Shown here piece after piece: positions 18,337-29,128 of a DNA stretch of 64,000 nucleotides. The translations under genes and the position numbers were made by a program. The notes under the pieces are model-generated. The model saw only the letters and a program-made list of their open reading frames with translations, was not told where the DNA came from and ran no database searches. Source of the stretch: an uncultured Candidatus Bathyarchaeia archaeon (lineage in GTDB: Archaea; Thermoproteota; Bathyarchaeia; Bathyarchaeales; Bathyarchaeaceae). The DNA is taken from positions 27,656 through 91,655 of the forward strand of contig CAYNQS010000006.1 in the NCBI GenBank assembly GCA_964399485.1, given 5' to 3'. Position 1 is the stretch's first letter. Every line of letters starts with the position of its first letter.

Positions 18337-19431
18337 GTGGAGGAATGCCGCTTGTATACAAGTTTTCACTCTTATAGAAAATTTTTGGTGGTTAGTTTAA
18401 TTTCGCTGATTTTATTATCAACATTTAGTGTTCCAGTTTTCGGTCTCATTTCCGACCTTCCTGACCCTCCTGCAAGACCTAACACCGTAGGTGCAGTAAG
18501 TGGAGTAGGCAATACTTATGGTGGAGGCATCCTTGTAATTGCTGATCCACAACCCAACGTGATAGCTGACAGGAACAAGGAACTTGGCAGAATCGAGCAA
18601 ACAAATGAAAAGAAAACAGCAAATGTTAAAGAAAAATCAGATTGGGGGCTAAGCATGACTGGCCCAGTATCGAACAGTGAAATGGAGGGAATATTGGCTG
18701 CCATACGTGATCTAAGACCGGACCGCGAAATAACCCTAAAATATGAAATGCAAGGAAAAGATGATGAGAGAAGAAAATGGACTCAAACAGGTACCGTGTA
18801 TGAAATTGTTAACTATAAAATTTACATTGTTAGACAGGCTGTTCCTGCCCAAAATGAACTGGTCGGAATATTGGTCGTTGAAAAACCTGTTAGCCTTCAA
18901 GTGAAAATGGATTCGGAAGATTGCCCCGACCCCAAACCTGTAGTTGAGGTCCCACAAACGGATGGAGGATTCTTTGAGGCCATCAGTGACTTTTTCCACT
19001 GGCTTTGCGTAGATTTGCCAAGCGATTTGGGAATATATGTTTTTGGCACCGTCAAAGTCTATTCTGGAAGTGGCATCGCTGGAGTGATGCATCTTAGGTC
19101 TGGAGAGAGCAAAACGATTCGATTACCTCCAGGTTCGTATACTGCCAAGGCGGTAGTTCGGATTTTTGGGATATCTTTCGAATCTGATGTAGGCGAAGTT
19201 TCAGCAGATGTCCCAATATTATTGACAGTCACACTCACAACCATTGAATATGGAGCAATCATCCTCGTCATAGTCCTCATAATCATTGTGGTCATTGTCC
19301 TCTATCTGATCTTGAAAAGAATCTTTAGACGTTACCATGTCAGGGAAAGAATTTTCAGAAGAAAATCAGTTCCACAACCTGAATCTCCCGCCGGAGAGTC
19401 GCCTGGACCAGCTATGCCACCTAGTGAATAA
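18337..19431 (+). CDS. Secreted/membrane-anchored hypothetical protein
   Basis: 364 aa. N-terminal hydrophobic signal/anchor, a C-terminal TM helix (IILVIVLIIIVVIVLYLIL) and a basic, Pro-rich tail. Confidence 0.5.
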   Translation: MEECRLYTSFHSYRKFLVVSLISLILLSTFSVPVFGLISDLPDPPARPNTVGAVSGVGNTYGGGILVIADPQPNVIADRNKELGRIEQTNEKKTANVKEKSDWGLSMTGPVSNSEMEGILAAIRDLRPDREITLKYEMQGKDDERRKWTQTGTVYEIVNYKIYIVRQAVPAQNELVGILVVEKPVSLQVKMDSEDCPDPKPVVEVPQTDGGFFEAISDFFHWLCVDLPSDLGIYVFGTVKVYSGSGIAGVMHLRSGESKTIRLPPGSYTAKAVVRIFGISFESDVGEVSADVPILLTVTLTTIEYGAIILVIVLIIIVVIVLYLILKRIFRRYHVRERIFRRKSVPQPESPAGESPGPAMPPSE

Positions 19432-19734
19432 GTAGGAGCGAGTCCACAAACTTCCAAAACCAAACTTGGGAAAAATAGGCAGATAGAGTAGTTTTAAGGC
19501 TTTGAACGCTTAGGTTAATCCTAAAACTTTTTAAGATAGAATAGTGTTGGCCTGTTAGAGGTTGTGAAATTGAGGGATCGTTTCCTCTTCCGATAAAGCA
19601 GTTCATTCAGTTACTCCAAATTTTGTTAGCACAGCCTCTTGCGAAACAGTTTTCAGCTTACCAGAATATGAGACATCAGCCTACTGTATAGCGGATAGAT
19701 TTATATGGAAACCACAGATTGAAGGTGACCTACA

Positions 19735-21000
19735 ATGAACATAATCGAAAAAATCTTAGCAGACGCCTCAGGCAAACAACAAGTCTCCCCAGGGGAGATA
19801 GTAGAAGCAAACATCGACGCGGCTATGATCCATGATTTGACGGGTCCGTTAGCCATCAAGTCGTTCCGAGAGATCGGAGCCAAAAAGGTGTGGGACAACA
19901 ACAAAGTGATCGTTATCCTAGACCATCTGGTTCCAGCCAGCTCAATAATATCCGCCAACCTACACAGAATCGTGAGAAACTTCGCTGAAGAACAGAACAT
20001 CCGAAACTTCTACGACGTAGGCAGAGGCGGAGTCTGCCATCAAGTGATGCCCGAGAAGGGTCATGTCCGACCGGGAGAGGTGATTGTTGGCGCAGATTCG
20101 CACACGTGCACGTACGGAGCCTTCGGAGCCTTCGCAACCGGAATCGGGTCAACAGAGATGGCTGCCGTATTCGTAACTGGCAAGTTATGGTTCAGGGTGC
20201 CTGAGGTCATCAAAGTCAACGTGACAGGAGAATTACCGAAGATGGTGACAGCGAAAGACGTGACGCTGAACATAGTGGGCAGGATTGGAGCTGACGGAGC
20301 CATCTACAAGGGACTGGAGTTCGGCGGCTCCACGATAAGGGACATGAGCGTTGACGGCAGAATGGTTCTCTGTAACATGGCTGTGGAGATGGGAGCCAAA
20401 GCAGGCATAATAGAGCCTGACCAAAAAACCTTAGAATACGTCAAAGCCAGAACAGACAAGCCATTCAAGTCCATAAAAAGCGACCCAGACGCAGCATACA
20501 AACAGGTTGTTGACGTGGACGTTTCCGCTCTGGAGCCTCAGGTTGCTGTTCCCCACTCAGTCGACAACGTCAAACCAGTATCCGAAGTAGACGGTGTAGA
20601 GGTAGACCAGGCGTTCATAGGCTCCTGCACCAACGGTAGACTGGAAGACCTGCGATCCGCTGCCCAAATACTGAAGGGCAAGAAAATAGCGAGGGGAGTA
20701 CGATTGGTTGTGATTCCTGCATCCCAAGAAATATACTTGAACGCCCTAAAGGAGGGGCTGATAAAAACCTTCATGGATGCCGGCGCCACCATAGGCAACC
20801 CGAACTGTGGTCCCTGCTTAGGCGGGCACATGGGTATCTTGGCTGAGGGTGAGGTTTGCATAAGCTCTTCGAACAGAAACTTTGTTGGGAGAATGGGAAG
20901 CAGCAAATCTTTCGTGTATCTGGCTTCTCCAGCCACAGTTGCGGCTTCAGCCGTTAAAGGCAAAATCATAGACCCGAGAACAGTGAAGGAGGAGGCATAG
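19735..21000 (+). CDS. leuC: 3-isopropylmalate / homoaconitate dehydratase large subunit (aconitase family)
   Basis: 421 aa. Aconitase Fe-S ligand region (GSCTNGR, NCGPCLG). Substrate specificity (Leu pathway versus homoaconitase) cannot be decided from sequence alone. Confidence 0.9.
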   Translation: MNIIEKILADASGKQQVSPGEIVEANIDAAMIHDLTGPLAIKSFREIGAKKVWDNNKVIVILDHLVPASSIISANLHRIVRNFAEEQNIRNFYDVGRGGVCHQVMPEKGHVRPGEVIVGADSHTCTYGAFGAFATGIGSTEMAAVFVTGKLWFRVPEVIKVNVTGELPKMVTAKDVTLNIVGRIGADGAIYKGLEFGGSTIRDMSVDGRMVLCNMAVEMGAKAGIIEPDQKTLEYVKARTDKPFKSIKSDPDAAYKQVVDVDVSALEPQVAVPHSVDNVKPVSEVDGVEVDQAFIGSCTNGRLEDLRSAAQILKGKKIARGVRLVVIPASQEIYLNALKEGLIKTFMDAGATIGNPNCGPCLGGHMGILAEGEVCISSSNRNFVGRMGSSKSFVYLASPATVAASAVKGKIIDPRTVKEEA

Positions 21001-21003
21001 GAG

Positions 21004-21504
21004 TTGACGATTAAAGGTAAGGCTGTAAAGTTTGGGGACAACGTAGACACCGACGTGATTCTGCCGGGACCATACCTAGTCCACACTGACCCCAACGAAC
21101 TGGCAAAACACGCCATGGAGGGCTTGGACCCAAAATTCCCGGAAAAGGCAGCAGATGGAGTGATTGTTGTTGGGGGCAAAAATTTTGGTTGCGGCTCCAG
21201 CAGAGAACAGGCGCCCATCGCACTGAAGTATTCGGGAGTCAAATGTGTGCTGGCTGAGTCCTTTGCGCGTATATTCTACAGGAACTCCATAACCATCGGC
21301 TTGCCTGTTCTGGCATGCCCGGGAGTTTCAGGCAAGGTGGAAGAAGGAGACATGATGGTTGTTGATCTGCAGAGCGGCAAAGTTGAGGATAAAACAAACG
21401 GTTCTGTGTTGGAGGCAACACGGCTTCCAGAGTTCATTATGGAGATTCTTGATGATGGAGGATTAATAGAACATCTGAAAAGGAGAATTGAAACAAATGA
21501 GTGA
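21004..21504 (+). CDS. leuD: 3-isopropylmalate / homoaconitate dehydratase small subunit
   Basis: 166 aa. Swivel-domain pattern (GDNVDTDVILPG, GKNFGCGSSREQAP). Immediately follows leuC. Confidence 0.85.
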   Translation: MTIKGKAVKFGDNVDTDVILPGPYLVHTDPNELAKHAMEGLDPKFPEKAADGVIVVGGKNFGCGSSREQAPIALKYSGVKCVLAESFARIFYRNSITIGLPVLACPGVSGKVEEGDMMVVDLQSGKVEDKTNGSVLEATRLPEFIMEILDDGGLIEHLKRRIETNE

Positions 21505-22525
21505 ATACAAAATATCTCTGATCCCCGGCGACGGGATAGGACCCGAACTGACAGAGGCAACCTTGAAGATTTTGGACGCTGTTCAGCAGAGGTTCAACAT
21601 AGGCTTGAACATAACCCAAGTTGAGGCTGGTGACGCATGCTTCGAAAAGAGGGGAGTAGCTCTTCCAGAAGAAACCATCGAAACTATCAGAAACTCTCAC
21701 GCGTGCATGAAGGGACCAGTAGGAGAAACAGCCGCTGACGTCATAGTCAAATTAAGAATCATGTTCGACCTTTACGCCAACATCCGCCCCATCAAAGCAT
21801 ACCCTCCGATTCCCAGCTTGAAACCCGACATAGACATGATTTTCGTTCGGGAAAACACCGAAGACGTTTACAGAGGCATAGAATTCGAAATGGAAGACAC
21901 AGCCATCTGTATAAGGGTCATAACCAAGAAAAACAGCGAAAGGATAGCCAAGAAAGCCTTTGAGACAGCCAGAAGAAGAAACAAAAAGAAGCAGGTTACA
22001 GCCATCCACAAAGCAAACGTTATGAAAAAGACCTGCGGACTCTTCGCGAGAACCTGCCGAGAAGTAGCCAAGCAGTATCCGGATATTGCCTTTAACGAGC
22101 TGTATGTTGACGCTGCGTCCATGCGGCTGATCAAGGAGCCGGAAACGTTTGATGTTTTTGTTACCCCAAACATGTTCGGCGACATACTGTCTGATGAGGC
22201 AGCGCAGCTTATCGGAGGTTTGGGGATGGCTCCGGGGGCAAACATTGGAGACGACTTTGCGTTGTTTGAGCCTATTCACGGTTCAGCGCCTAACAGGGCG
22301 GGAAAGCAGACAGCCAATCCTTGTTCCATGATATTGTCTGCGAAGATGATGTTTGATTGGCTGGGCGAACAGCATAACGACCCAGAATGTTTGAGGGCAG
22401 CCCAAGCCATCGAAGATGCTGTTTCTGAAACGTTGCGTAAGGGGATAACTATTCCCGATTTTGGCGGAGATGCCAAGACCATAGTGATGGCGGAAGCCAT
22501 GGCTAAGGAGATTATTGAAGGTTAG
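21488..22525 (+). CDS. leuB: 3-isopropylmalate / homoisocitrate dehydrogenase family
   Basis: 345 aa. IPGDGIGPE, RENTEDVY, NMFGDILSDEAA, HGSAP motifs. Overlaps leuD by 17 nt. Confidence 0.85.
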   Translation: MKQMSEYKISLIPGDGIGPELTEATLKILDAVQQRFNIGLNITQVEAGDACFEKRGVALPEETIETIRNSHACMKGPVGETAADVIVKLRIMFDLYANIRPIKAYPPIPSLKPDIDMIFVRENTEDVYRGIEFEMEDTAICIRVITKKNSERIAKKAFETARRRNKKKQVTAIHKANVMKKTCGLFARTCREVAKQYPDIAFNELYVDAASMRLIKEPETFDVFVTPNMFGDILSDEAAQLIGGLGMAPGANIGDDFALFEPIHGSAPNRAGKQTANPCSMILSAKMMFDWLGEQHNDPECLRAAQAIEDAVSETLRKGITIPDFGGDAKTIVMAEAMAKEIIEG

Positions 22526-24056
22526 GAAGGAAGAAAACATGAGAAAAGAAAACGTCGATTATGTGCGCATCTTGGATACCACGTTGAGAGATGGGGAGCA
22601 GACTCCAGGAGTCTCTTTAACCACTGAAGAGAAGCTGGAGATAGCACGGCAACTTGACAAGCTGGGCGTAGACACTATAGAGGCGGGTACTCCCATAAGT
22701 TCGGAGGGAGAAAAGAGAGCGGTTAAGGAGATAGCGACGGCGGGATTAAATGCTGAGGTTTGCGGTTTAGCCCGCACCACAAGAAAGGATATTGATGTTG
22801 CAATCGGCTGTGATGTGGATGCGGTTCACACTTTCATTTCCACTTCAGATGTTCAGATGAAGTATGCGGTGAACATGACTCCGGAGCAGGTTCTAGCGAG
22901 TTCCATAGATTCGATAGAGTACATCAAAAGTCACGGTTTAGTCTGCGAGTATTCTCCCATGGACGCCTCGAGAACGGACAGGGAGTTTCTGAAGCGGATA
23001 TGCAAGGCGGCTGAGGAGGCGGGAGCAGACCGAATAAACATTCCTGACACCGTTGGGATTATGATTCCCACAACCATGCAGCAGTTGATCAGAGACGTCA
23101 CGAGCGTGGTTAAGGTTCCAATAAGCGTACATTGCCACAACGATTTCGGGATGGCTGTCGCCAACTCTTTGGCTGGAGTTGAGGCTGGGGCTTCTCAGAT
23201 TCATGTTGCGGTTAACGGTTTGGGGGAGAGGGCAGGAAACGCGGCGCTTGAGGAAGTCGCTGTTGCCCTAGATTTGATTTACAAAAAGAAGACGGGAATA
23301 AATCATCAGCATCTTTACGAAACCTCAAGGCTGGTGGCAAAACTGACTGGGATGATGATACAGGCAAACAAAGCCATTGTAGGCGAGAACGCTTTCTCTC
23401 ACGAGTCAGGCATACATACGCGGGGAGTTACGGTGGCGCCCTCAACATTTGAGCCTATTAAACCCGAGTTTGTTGGAAGAAAACGGAAGCTGGTTGCTGG
23501 AAAACTGGCTGGCACCAGCGGAATCAGGGCGGAGCTGGAAGAGTCTGGTTTGTATCCCACCAACGGGCAGCTTGCAGAGATCGTTAAAACAGTTAAGGAG
23601 CTGGGGGACAAGGGCAAGAAAGTGACTGACGCTGACTTGTTTGCTATTGCCCGCGCGGTTATGGGGAAGGTCGTCAAGGAAAAGCGGATTGTTGACCTCG
23701 CTGGCTTTTCAGTTGTAACTGGAATTGGAGTTATCCCCACAGCCTCGGTTCGGCTTGTGCTAGACGGCAAAGAGTATGTGGCTTCAGAGACGGGTTTTGG
23801 TCCCGTGGACGCCGCAATCAAGGCTGTTCAGAAACTGACAGCGCCCCTAGTGAATGTCCGCCTGAAAGAATACCGCATAGAAGCTGCGACTGGAGGCTCA
23901 GACGCCATGGGAGAAGTCATCATAAAAGTCGAAGACAAAGACGGAAACGTGGTCTCCTCACGGGCAGTCAACGAGGACATAGTTATGGCAAGCGTAGAAG
24001 CCATGATAGACAGCATCAACAAAAGTCTACTGAAAAGCAGAAATAGAAAAAAGTAG
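22515..24056 (+). CDS. leuA: 2-isopropylmalate / (R)-citramalate synthase
   Basis: 513 aa. ILDTTLRDGEQ, HCHNDFGMAVANSLA and a C-terminal LeuA dimerisation/regulatory domain. The real start may be the ATG at 22539. Confidence 0.85.
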   Translation: MKVRKEENMRKENVDYVRILDTTLRDGEQTPGVSLTTEEKLEIARQLDKLGVDTIEAGTPISSEGEKRAVKEIATAGLNAEVCGLARTTRKDIDVAIGCDVDAVHTFISTSDVQMKYAVNMTPEQVLASSIDSIEYIKSHGLVCEYSPMDASRTDREFLKRICKAAEEAGADRINIPDTVGIMIPTTMQQLIRDVTSVVKVPISVHCHNDFGMAVANSLAGVEAGASQIHVAVNGLGERAGNAALEEVAVALDLIYKKKTGINHQHLYETSRLVAKLTGMMIQANKAIVGENAFSHESGIHTRGVTVAPSTFEPIKPEFVGRKRKLVAGKLAGTSGIRAELEESGLYPTNGQLAEIVKTVKELGDKGKKVTDADLFAIARAVMGKVVKEKRIVDLAGFSVVTGIGVIPTASVRLVLDGKEYVASETGFGPVDAAIKAVQKLTAPLVNVRLKEYRIEAATGGSDAMGEVIIKVEDKDGNVVSSRAVNEDIVMASVEAMIDSINKSLLKSRNRKK

Positions 24057-24346
24057 CCGCGGATTGCTCCATTAACCATTTTTAGGTGTTCAATTTCCTC
24101 CGCAGCTGGACGCCTTCAACAAAAAAGAGAACCATAGCCACCGCAGTCATTCCTGTCAGAAAGAGGAAGCTTGTTTCGATAACCAGCCATGGAACCAGCC
24201 AGCTCAGCAGAATGATTGCGATTTCTGCTCCGAATGCACCGATAAAAAAGAAGGAATAAAACAACAGTTAATTGCCAAAATTTCATGTTTTGCTTAACCA
24301 CAACAACAAATAATACTGAGCCAACATGTAGTAGAAGCAGGAAGAG

Positions 24347-25609
24347 ATGCCAATGACAGAATTCAAAGTTAAAGATCGGAATTTGGCTCCACAGGGAGCA
24401 CTGCTCGTTGAATGGGCAACAAAACGCATGCCCGTGCTAGCCCAAATCAGAAGCCGGTTCGAAAAAGAACAACCCCTAAAAAACGTCACTGTAGGTGCGT
24501 GCCTTCACGTCACCAAGGAGACAGCTGTTCTTGCAGAGACACTCAAGGCTGGAGGAGCAAAAGTTGCCCTGTGCGGCTCCAACCCGCTTTCTACCCAAGA
24601 TGAAGTGGCAGCGTACCTCGCCACTAAGGGAATACACGTTTTTGCTTGGCGCGACCAAAAAACCGACGAGTACTTCTGGTGCATAAACCGGGTACTCGAC
24701 TATAAGCCCCAAGCTACGTTAGATGATGGCGCTGACTTGGTGGGCACCCTACACAAGGAAAGAACAGAACTGCTAAAAAATGTAACCGGGGGAACAGAAG
24801 AAACCACCACAGGCGTCATCCGTTTGAGGGCTATGGAAAAGGATGGGGCACTAAAGTATCCAATCATAGCCGTGAACGATGCATACACAAAATACCTGTT
24901 TGATAACCGATACGGCACCGGACAGAGCACAATAGACGGGATTCTCCGCTCCACCAGTCTTTTGCTGGCGGGAAAAAACTTTGTTGTAGCCGGTTATGGA
25001 TGGTGCGGCAGAGGCTTAGCCATGCGAGCCAAGGGCATGGGCGCCCAAGTAATAGTTACAGAAGTTGACCCAACAAAGGCTCTTGAAGCCATTATGGACG
25101 GTTTCCGTGTGATGCCCATGAATGAAGCAGCAAAGATCGGAGATGTTTTCGTAACCCTCACCGGAGATGTCAACGTTATCCGGAAGGAGCACATGCAAAA
25201 AATGAAGGATGGCGCCGTAATCGCCAACAGTGGCCACTTCAACGTTGAAATCAACATACCCGACCTGCAGAGTATATCTGATTCAAGGAGAGCTGTGCGA
25301 CCAAATATGGAAGAGTATAGTCTGAAGGATGGAAGAAAACTCTACTTGTTGGCTGAGGGGAGGCTGGTGAACCTTGCCGCTGCGGAGGGTCATCCGTCAG
25401 AGGTTATGGATATGTCATTCTCGAACCAAGCTTTGTCTGTTGAGTATCTGGTGAAGAATAAAGGGCTAGAAACTAGAGTCTACGGCGTGCCGAAAGAGAT
25501 AGATGAGTTTGTGGCGAGCCTGAAACTGAAGGCTTTAGATGTAGAGATTGATGAGCTCACTGAAGAACAGAAAAAGTATTTATCTACTTGGGAAGAGGGA
25601 ACTATCTGA
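24347..25609 (+). CDS. ahcY: Adenosylhomocysteinase
   Basis: 420 aa. [38 protein letters not shown] motif. Confidence 0.95.
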   Translation: MPMTEFKVKDRNLAPQGALLVEWATKRMPVLAQIRSRFEKEQPLKNVTVGACLHVTKETAVLAETLKAGGAKVALCGSNPLSTQDEVAAYLATKGIHVFAWRDQKTDEYFWCINRVLDYKPQATLDDGADLVGTLHKERTELLKNVTGGTEETTTGVIRLRAMEKDGALKYPIIAVNDAYTKYLFDNRYGTGQSTIDGILRSTSLLLAGKNFVVAGYGWCGRGLAMRAKGMGAQVIVTEVDPTKALEAIMDGFRVMPMNEAAKIGDVFVTLTGDVNVIRKEHMQKMKDGAVIANSGHFNVEINIPDLQSISDSRRAVRPNMEEYSLKDGRKLYLLAEGRLVNLAAAEGHPSEVMDMSFSNQALSVEYLVKNKGLETRVYGVPKEIDEFVASLKLKALDVEIDELTEEQKKYLSTWEEGTI

Positions 25610-25671
25610 TTTGACAATAAAGCTTATAATAGGGTTTTAGATAGAATTGGCTACATTGTGGTGAATAAGAG

Positions 25672-25950
25672 ATGGTTAGTAAAGATCAAGCTATCGGATG
25701 GTTAATCTTTATTGTCTGTGCAGTAGTCATCGTGGGATACATCGTTGCGCTCTTCGGCTATGAACAAGTAATTCAACCAATTGTTGATTTGGGACCGGCA
25801 GACGCTATTCAATTCTGGCTGGTTGCAGTTCCAGTACTGGTAGCTTTTGTCGCAGTCTTGGCGATAGGAGCTTGGATTGGCTGGACAATGGGCACTACTC
25901 CACCTCCGAGACCAATCGAAGAGATTGAATCCGAGAGCACAACAGAATAG
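25672..25950 (+). CDS. Small two-TM membrane protein
   Basis: 92-aa ORF with two clear hydrophobic helices. No family recognised. Confidence 0.4.
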   Translation: MVSKDQAIGWLIFIVCAVVIVGYIVALFGYEQVIQPIVDLGPADAIQFWLVAVPVLVAFVAVLAIGAWIGWTMGTTPPPRPIEEIESESTTE

Positions 25951-26002
25951 AAAAATAAAACCCATTTTCTCCCTTTTCCTTTATATTTTGGTAGTGTTTA
26001 GA

Positions 26003-26755
26003 ATGAGTGAAGTCAAAGGAATAGTTCTTTGTGGCGGAAAAGGCACTCGACTTCGACCTCTTACCCATTATATTCAAAAAACGATGGTTCCTGTTGGAGT
26101 GAAACAGAAGCCGCTTCTAGAGTATGTGGTTCAACTATTCAAGTTTCATGGAATCAAAGACTTGGTTTTTCTGGTTAACTATAAGGCAGAGCAGATTGTG
26201 AATTACTTTGAGGATGGCTCCAGATTTGATGTGAACATCTCCTACGTGGAGGATGACCCCTCCTCAAAGGGGACTGGCGGCGCCGTTTTAACTGCCTACA
26301 ATAAGGGTGCAGTGAGCAGCGAGGACACTTTGTTCGTGTATTATGGAGACATAATAACAAACATGAACCTCACAGACCTGTTAAGTTATCACAGAGCCAA
26401 AAAGGCGTGGGGAACTGTTGCCTTGTCCTCTGGCTTCAAAGTTAGGGTTGGTCTGGCAAATCTGGACAGCGAAGGAAAGATTATTGGATTTGAGGAGAAG
26501 CCTACATTGGAGAAGCCGGTGAGTGTAGGGATTTCTGTTTTGAGAGGAGAGACACTTGAGTATATGAAAGGTTTGAAGGGAGAGAAGCAGGAATTAGATC
26601 TGATGGGAGAGGTTTTTCCTCATCTCCTAAAAGTTGGAAAGCCAGTTTACGGCTATGTTTCCAAGGCTTTCTGGTATGATGTTCTCAGCACCGAAGCCCT
26701 CGAGAAACTGGATCCAAAACTTGTCGACGACGTGTTTAGGGAAATTTTGGGCTAA
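26003..26755 (+). CDS. Sugar-phosphate nucleotidyltransferase (glucose-1-P thymidylyl/uridylyltransferase-like)
   Basis: The start is moved to the ATG at 26003, giving MSEVKGIVLCGGKGTRLRPLT (the G-x-G-T-R-x signature at the N-terminus). The ORF-track start at 25877 overlaps the upstream gene. Confidence 0.8.
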   Translation: MSEVKGIVLCGGKGTRLRPLTHYIQKTMVPVGVKQKPLLEYVVQLFKFHGIKDLVFLVNYKAEQIVNYFEDGSRFDVNISYVEDDPSSKGTGGAVLTAYNKGAVSSEDTLFVYYGDIITNMNLTDLLSYHRAKKAWGTVALSSGFKVRVGLANLDSEGKIIGFEEKPTLEKPVSVGISVLRGETLEYMKGLKGEKQELDLMGEVFPHLLKVGKPVYGYVSKAFWYDVLSTEALEKLDPKLVDDVFREILG

Positions 26756-26866
26756 GTTACCCCATTTCATGTCCCTTTACATTCTTCTATAGGTTAAAGT
26801 GTCCGGGCGGGCGGTTCTTTTTATTGTTTGCTCATAACTTTTATAAACCGTGGCTATTGTTAGTAG

Positions 26867-27127
26867 TTGGTTGCTGGTGATTCGTTGGAGCCAAGTAGAA
26901 AACCTTTGAATGCTTTAACAAAACAGCTGAACAGCTACGTCGCCATTGTCCTGAAAAACGGAGTTGAATACAGAGGCACCATGGTTCGCTGCGACAGCCA
27001 CATGAACGTGCTGCTTGAAAAGGCTACCGAACGGGTTAATGACCGATTGACCGCCAACTACGGAAGCATCCTCCTGAGAGGAAACAACATCCTGTACATC
27101 TGCGTGGATGTGCCTCACGAAAAATAA
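26867..27127 (+). CDS. Sm-like (LSm/SmAP) RNA-binding protein
   Basis: Sm1/Sm2 pattern: VAIVLKNGVEYRGTMVRCDSHMNVLL...ILLRGNNILYI. Confidence 0.8.
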   Translation: MVAGDSLEPSRKPLNALTKQLNSYVAIVLKNGVEYRGTMVRCDSHMNVLLEKATERVNDRLTANYGSILLRGNNILYICVDVPHEK

Positions 27128-27167
27128 ACTAAGCATTCAACTTTCCAGTTCAGTATCTTGCGTCAAC

Positions 27168-28073
27168 CTAGTTTTTGGAATTCTCTCGGACGTAGATTAA
27201 GGCGTCTTTCAGTCTGCTTTTTAATCCGTATTTGCGTTTGAAAAAGGTTAGAACGTTTCGCAGGTCTCTTTCCAGAAGTTGCTCTGCGTTTGGGTGTTTT
27301 GTGGACACGTTTTGTGGCCAGTCTATCATGAGGATGTGCTGGTTTGGCTGGAGGATGATGTTGAAGGGGCTGAGGTCCCCGTGGATAATGTGGGCGTCTC
27401 TGTAAGCTCTTTTTACGTTAACCAGTATCTCGTCATATACAGCTTGGACGTCTGGCAGTTCTGGGTAGTGATAAAGCTCTGCGCCTTCTATCATGCCCAT
27501 AACTAACACGTGGCGGGTCTGTTTGATGGGCTCTGGAACTGCTACGCCTTTGGGATGGAGGAGTTTCAGGGCTTTGTATTCTTTTTTGGCTGCGATTCTG
27601 GATTGGTGGTGCCAGTTGGGCGTGTAGCTGTATTTGATTGTGTAGCCTCGTTTGCGTTTGGTTTTTTTGAAGCTGGTTCTGCCTAGGCGATGAAACTTCA
27701 GTGCCACTCGCTGTTCATCTGGTGTGAGAGCGTCGTAAACGTCTGATTCCTTTCCTACCCCTAAGGATTTGCCGAAAGCCTCGATTATGTTCTCTTTTAC
27801 GAGTGCATTTATGGCTAAGGTGTCATATCCTGCTGTTGTGAGGCTGTAGCCGGTGTATTGTCCTCGCCAGCCCTGCAACAACCCCTTCTTTATGAGAATT
27901 GGCAGCCGATACTCTATCTCTTGGGGTGGAAGCTCTGCCTGATTGCTGATTGCGTCTGCTGGTGAATACTCATAATTTTTCATCTGCTGCTCGATGGCTT
28001 GCAGTATCTTGAGGTCTTCAGGTTCAAGTTCGCGAAACTCGCGCACAGCAATATCAACGGCTGACATAAGCAA
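27168..28073 (-). CDS. rio2: RIO-type serine/threonine kinase (Rio2-like: N-terminal wHTH plus RIO domain)
   Basis: 301 aa. wHTH N-terminus, VALKFHRLGRTSF, IIHGDLSPFNIIL catalytic loop, MIDWPQ. Confidence 0.8.
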   Translation of the reverse strand: MLMSAVDIAVREFRELEPEDLKILQAIEQQMKNYEYSPADAISNQAELPPQEIEYRLPILIKKGLLQGWRGQYTGYSLTTAGYDTLAINALVKENIIEAFGKSLGVGKESDVYDALTPDEQRVALKFHRLGRTSFKKTKRKRGYTIKYSYTPNWHHQSRIAAKKEYKALKLLHPKGVAVPEPIKQTRHVLVMGMIEGAELYHYPELPDVQAVYDEILVNVKRAYRDAHIIHGDLSPFNIILQPNQHILMIDWPQNVSTKHPNAEQLLERDLRNVLTFFKRKYGLKSRLKDALIYVRENSKN

Positions 28074-28119
28074 ACAACTAATAGCGAAAGAATACTTAAA
28101 GCAGTTTACCGCCTTGTGG

Positions 28120-28668
28120 TCATAGAAAAAGCGCCATTCTGTACTCGTCTCTGTATTTGCCGTTGATGTAGCTTTCTTTGCAAAGTTTTCCCTCTATCTT
28201 AAAGCCTACCTTTTTGTACAGGTTGATGGCTCGGTCATTAGCCGTGCTAACTTGGAGGTAAATTTTGTTCAGTTTTTTCATCCTCGCAATGCTGATCAAG
28301 TGCTTTAGTAATGCTGTGCCTATGCCCATGTTCTGATAGTTGTCATGCACTGTGATTCCCAGTTCCGCCTTATGCTTGAGCGCCTCCTGCTGGTGGAACT
28401 TCAGTGATGCTGACCCAATGATTCGCTGCTCGCTTTTTTCCTCTACCACAGCAACAATTGCCAACACTTCATCGTAGTTTATGTTGCGGGTCCAGCTTTC
28501 CACCCGTTCTCTGGTGAAGGGAGGAATCAGGTTTGACGCGCTCTCTTCTGACAGTGTCGAAAACATTTCCCACAGCATTTCCGTGTCGCCAGACTGTTCT
28601 GGACGAAAAAACACTTTCTCGCCATTTTTAGCCGTGAACACAGTTTCCCATTCGCTGGGGTAATCCAC
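28120..28668 (-). CDS. GNAT-family N-acetyltransferase
   Basis: 182 aa. QNMGIGTALLKHLI acetyl-CoA binding motif (Q/R-x-x-G-x-G/A). Confidence 0.8.
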   Translation of the reverse strand: MDYPSEWETVFTAKNGEKVFFRPEQSGDTEMLWEMFSTLSEESASNLIPPFTRERVESWTRNINYDEVLAIVAVVEEKSEQRIIGSASLKFHQQEALKHKAELGITVHDNYQNMGIGTALLKHLISIARMKKLNKIYLQVSTANDRAINLYKKVGFKIEGKLCKESYINGKYRDEYRMALFL

Positions 28669-28953
28669 CCTTGTTCCTCCAAATGTTATCTGCGCTAAAC
28701 ATGTCTAACTGTTCTCTGGATAAAACTTTACATTGCTGACCAAAATTCAAGGTTCAACTTCTCTCTACAAACTCTATTTAAATAAGTCAATTTTGGTTGC
28801 TTGCTGTTGCGGATGTGATGTAGCGTTTTCGAAGAATGTCTATAGTCTATATAGATTACTGGGTATATGTCTATATTATCCGCTCAGTTATTGAACCCCA
28901 TGCAGGAAGATAACAACAGAAGGTTAGACAAGACAGTTGGAGGTGAGCGTGGA

Positions 28954-29076
28954 ATGAGATGCCCTAACTGTAACTCGGAAATGGAAATAGACAAAGAATC
29001 AGGTTACATGAAACAATACAGATGCGATGTCTGCAGAAGAGTGGAAACATTGTGGACCGTCTGCGTAACCGCATAA
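28954..29076 (+). CDS. Small Zn-ribbon protein
   Basis: 40 aa from the ATG at 28954, preceded by the SD-like GGAGGTGA (28939-28946). CPNC...CDVC pairs. The ORF-track start at 28867 is probably too far upstream. Confidence 0.45.
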   Translation: MRCPNCNSEMEIDKESGYMKQYRCDVCRRVETLWTVCVTA

Positions 29077-29128
29077 ACTCCCAAATAGAAAACAGTTTTT
29101 ATTAACATACAAACCATATTCCTCCACA

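Noticed and set aside
20538-21242. Long ORFs antisense to well-supported genes, for example the 234-aa ORF opposite leuC/leuD, the 263-aa ORF at 31362-32153 opposite cysS, the 196-aa ORF at 7770-8360 opposite the GTPase, and the 175-aa ORF at 21752-22279 opposite leuB.
   Set aside because: These are shadow ORFs. They have low-complexity, Ser/Pro/Arg-rich translations with no recognisable motifs, and they lie fully inside genes with strong family signatures on the other strand.
25877-26002. N-terminal extension of the nucleotidyltransferase ORF that overlaps the upstream membrane-protein gene.
   Set aside because: The family signature GxGTRLxPLT normally lies within the first ~20 residues. 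The ATG at 26003 satisfies this, and the extension is out of character.
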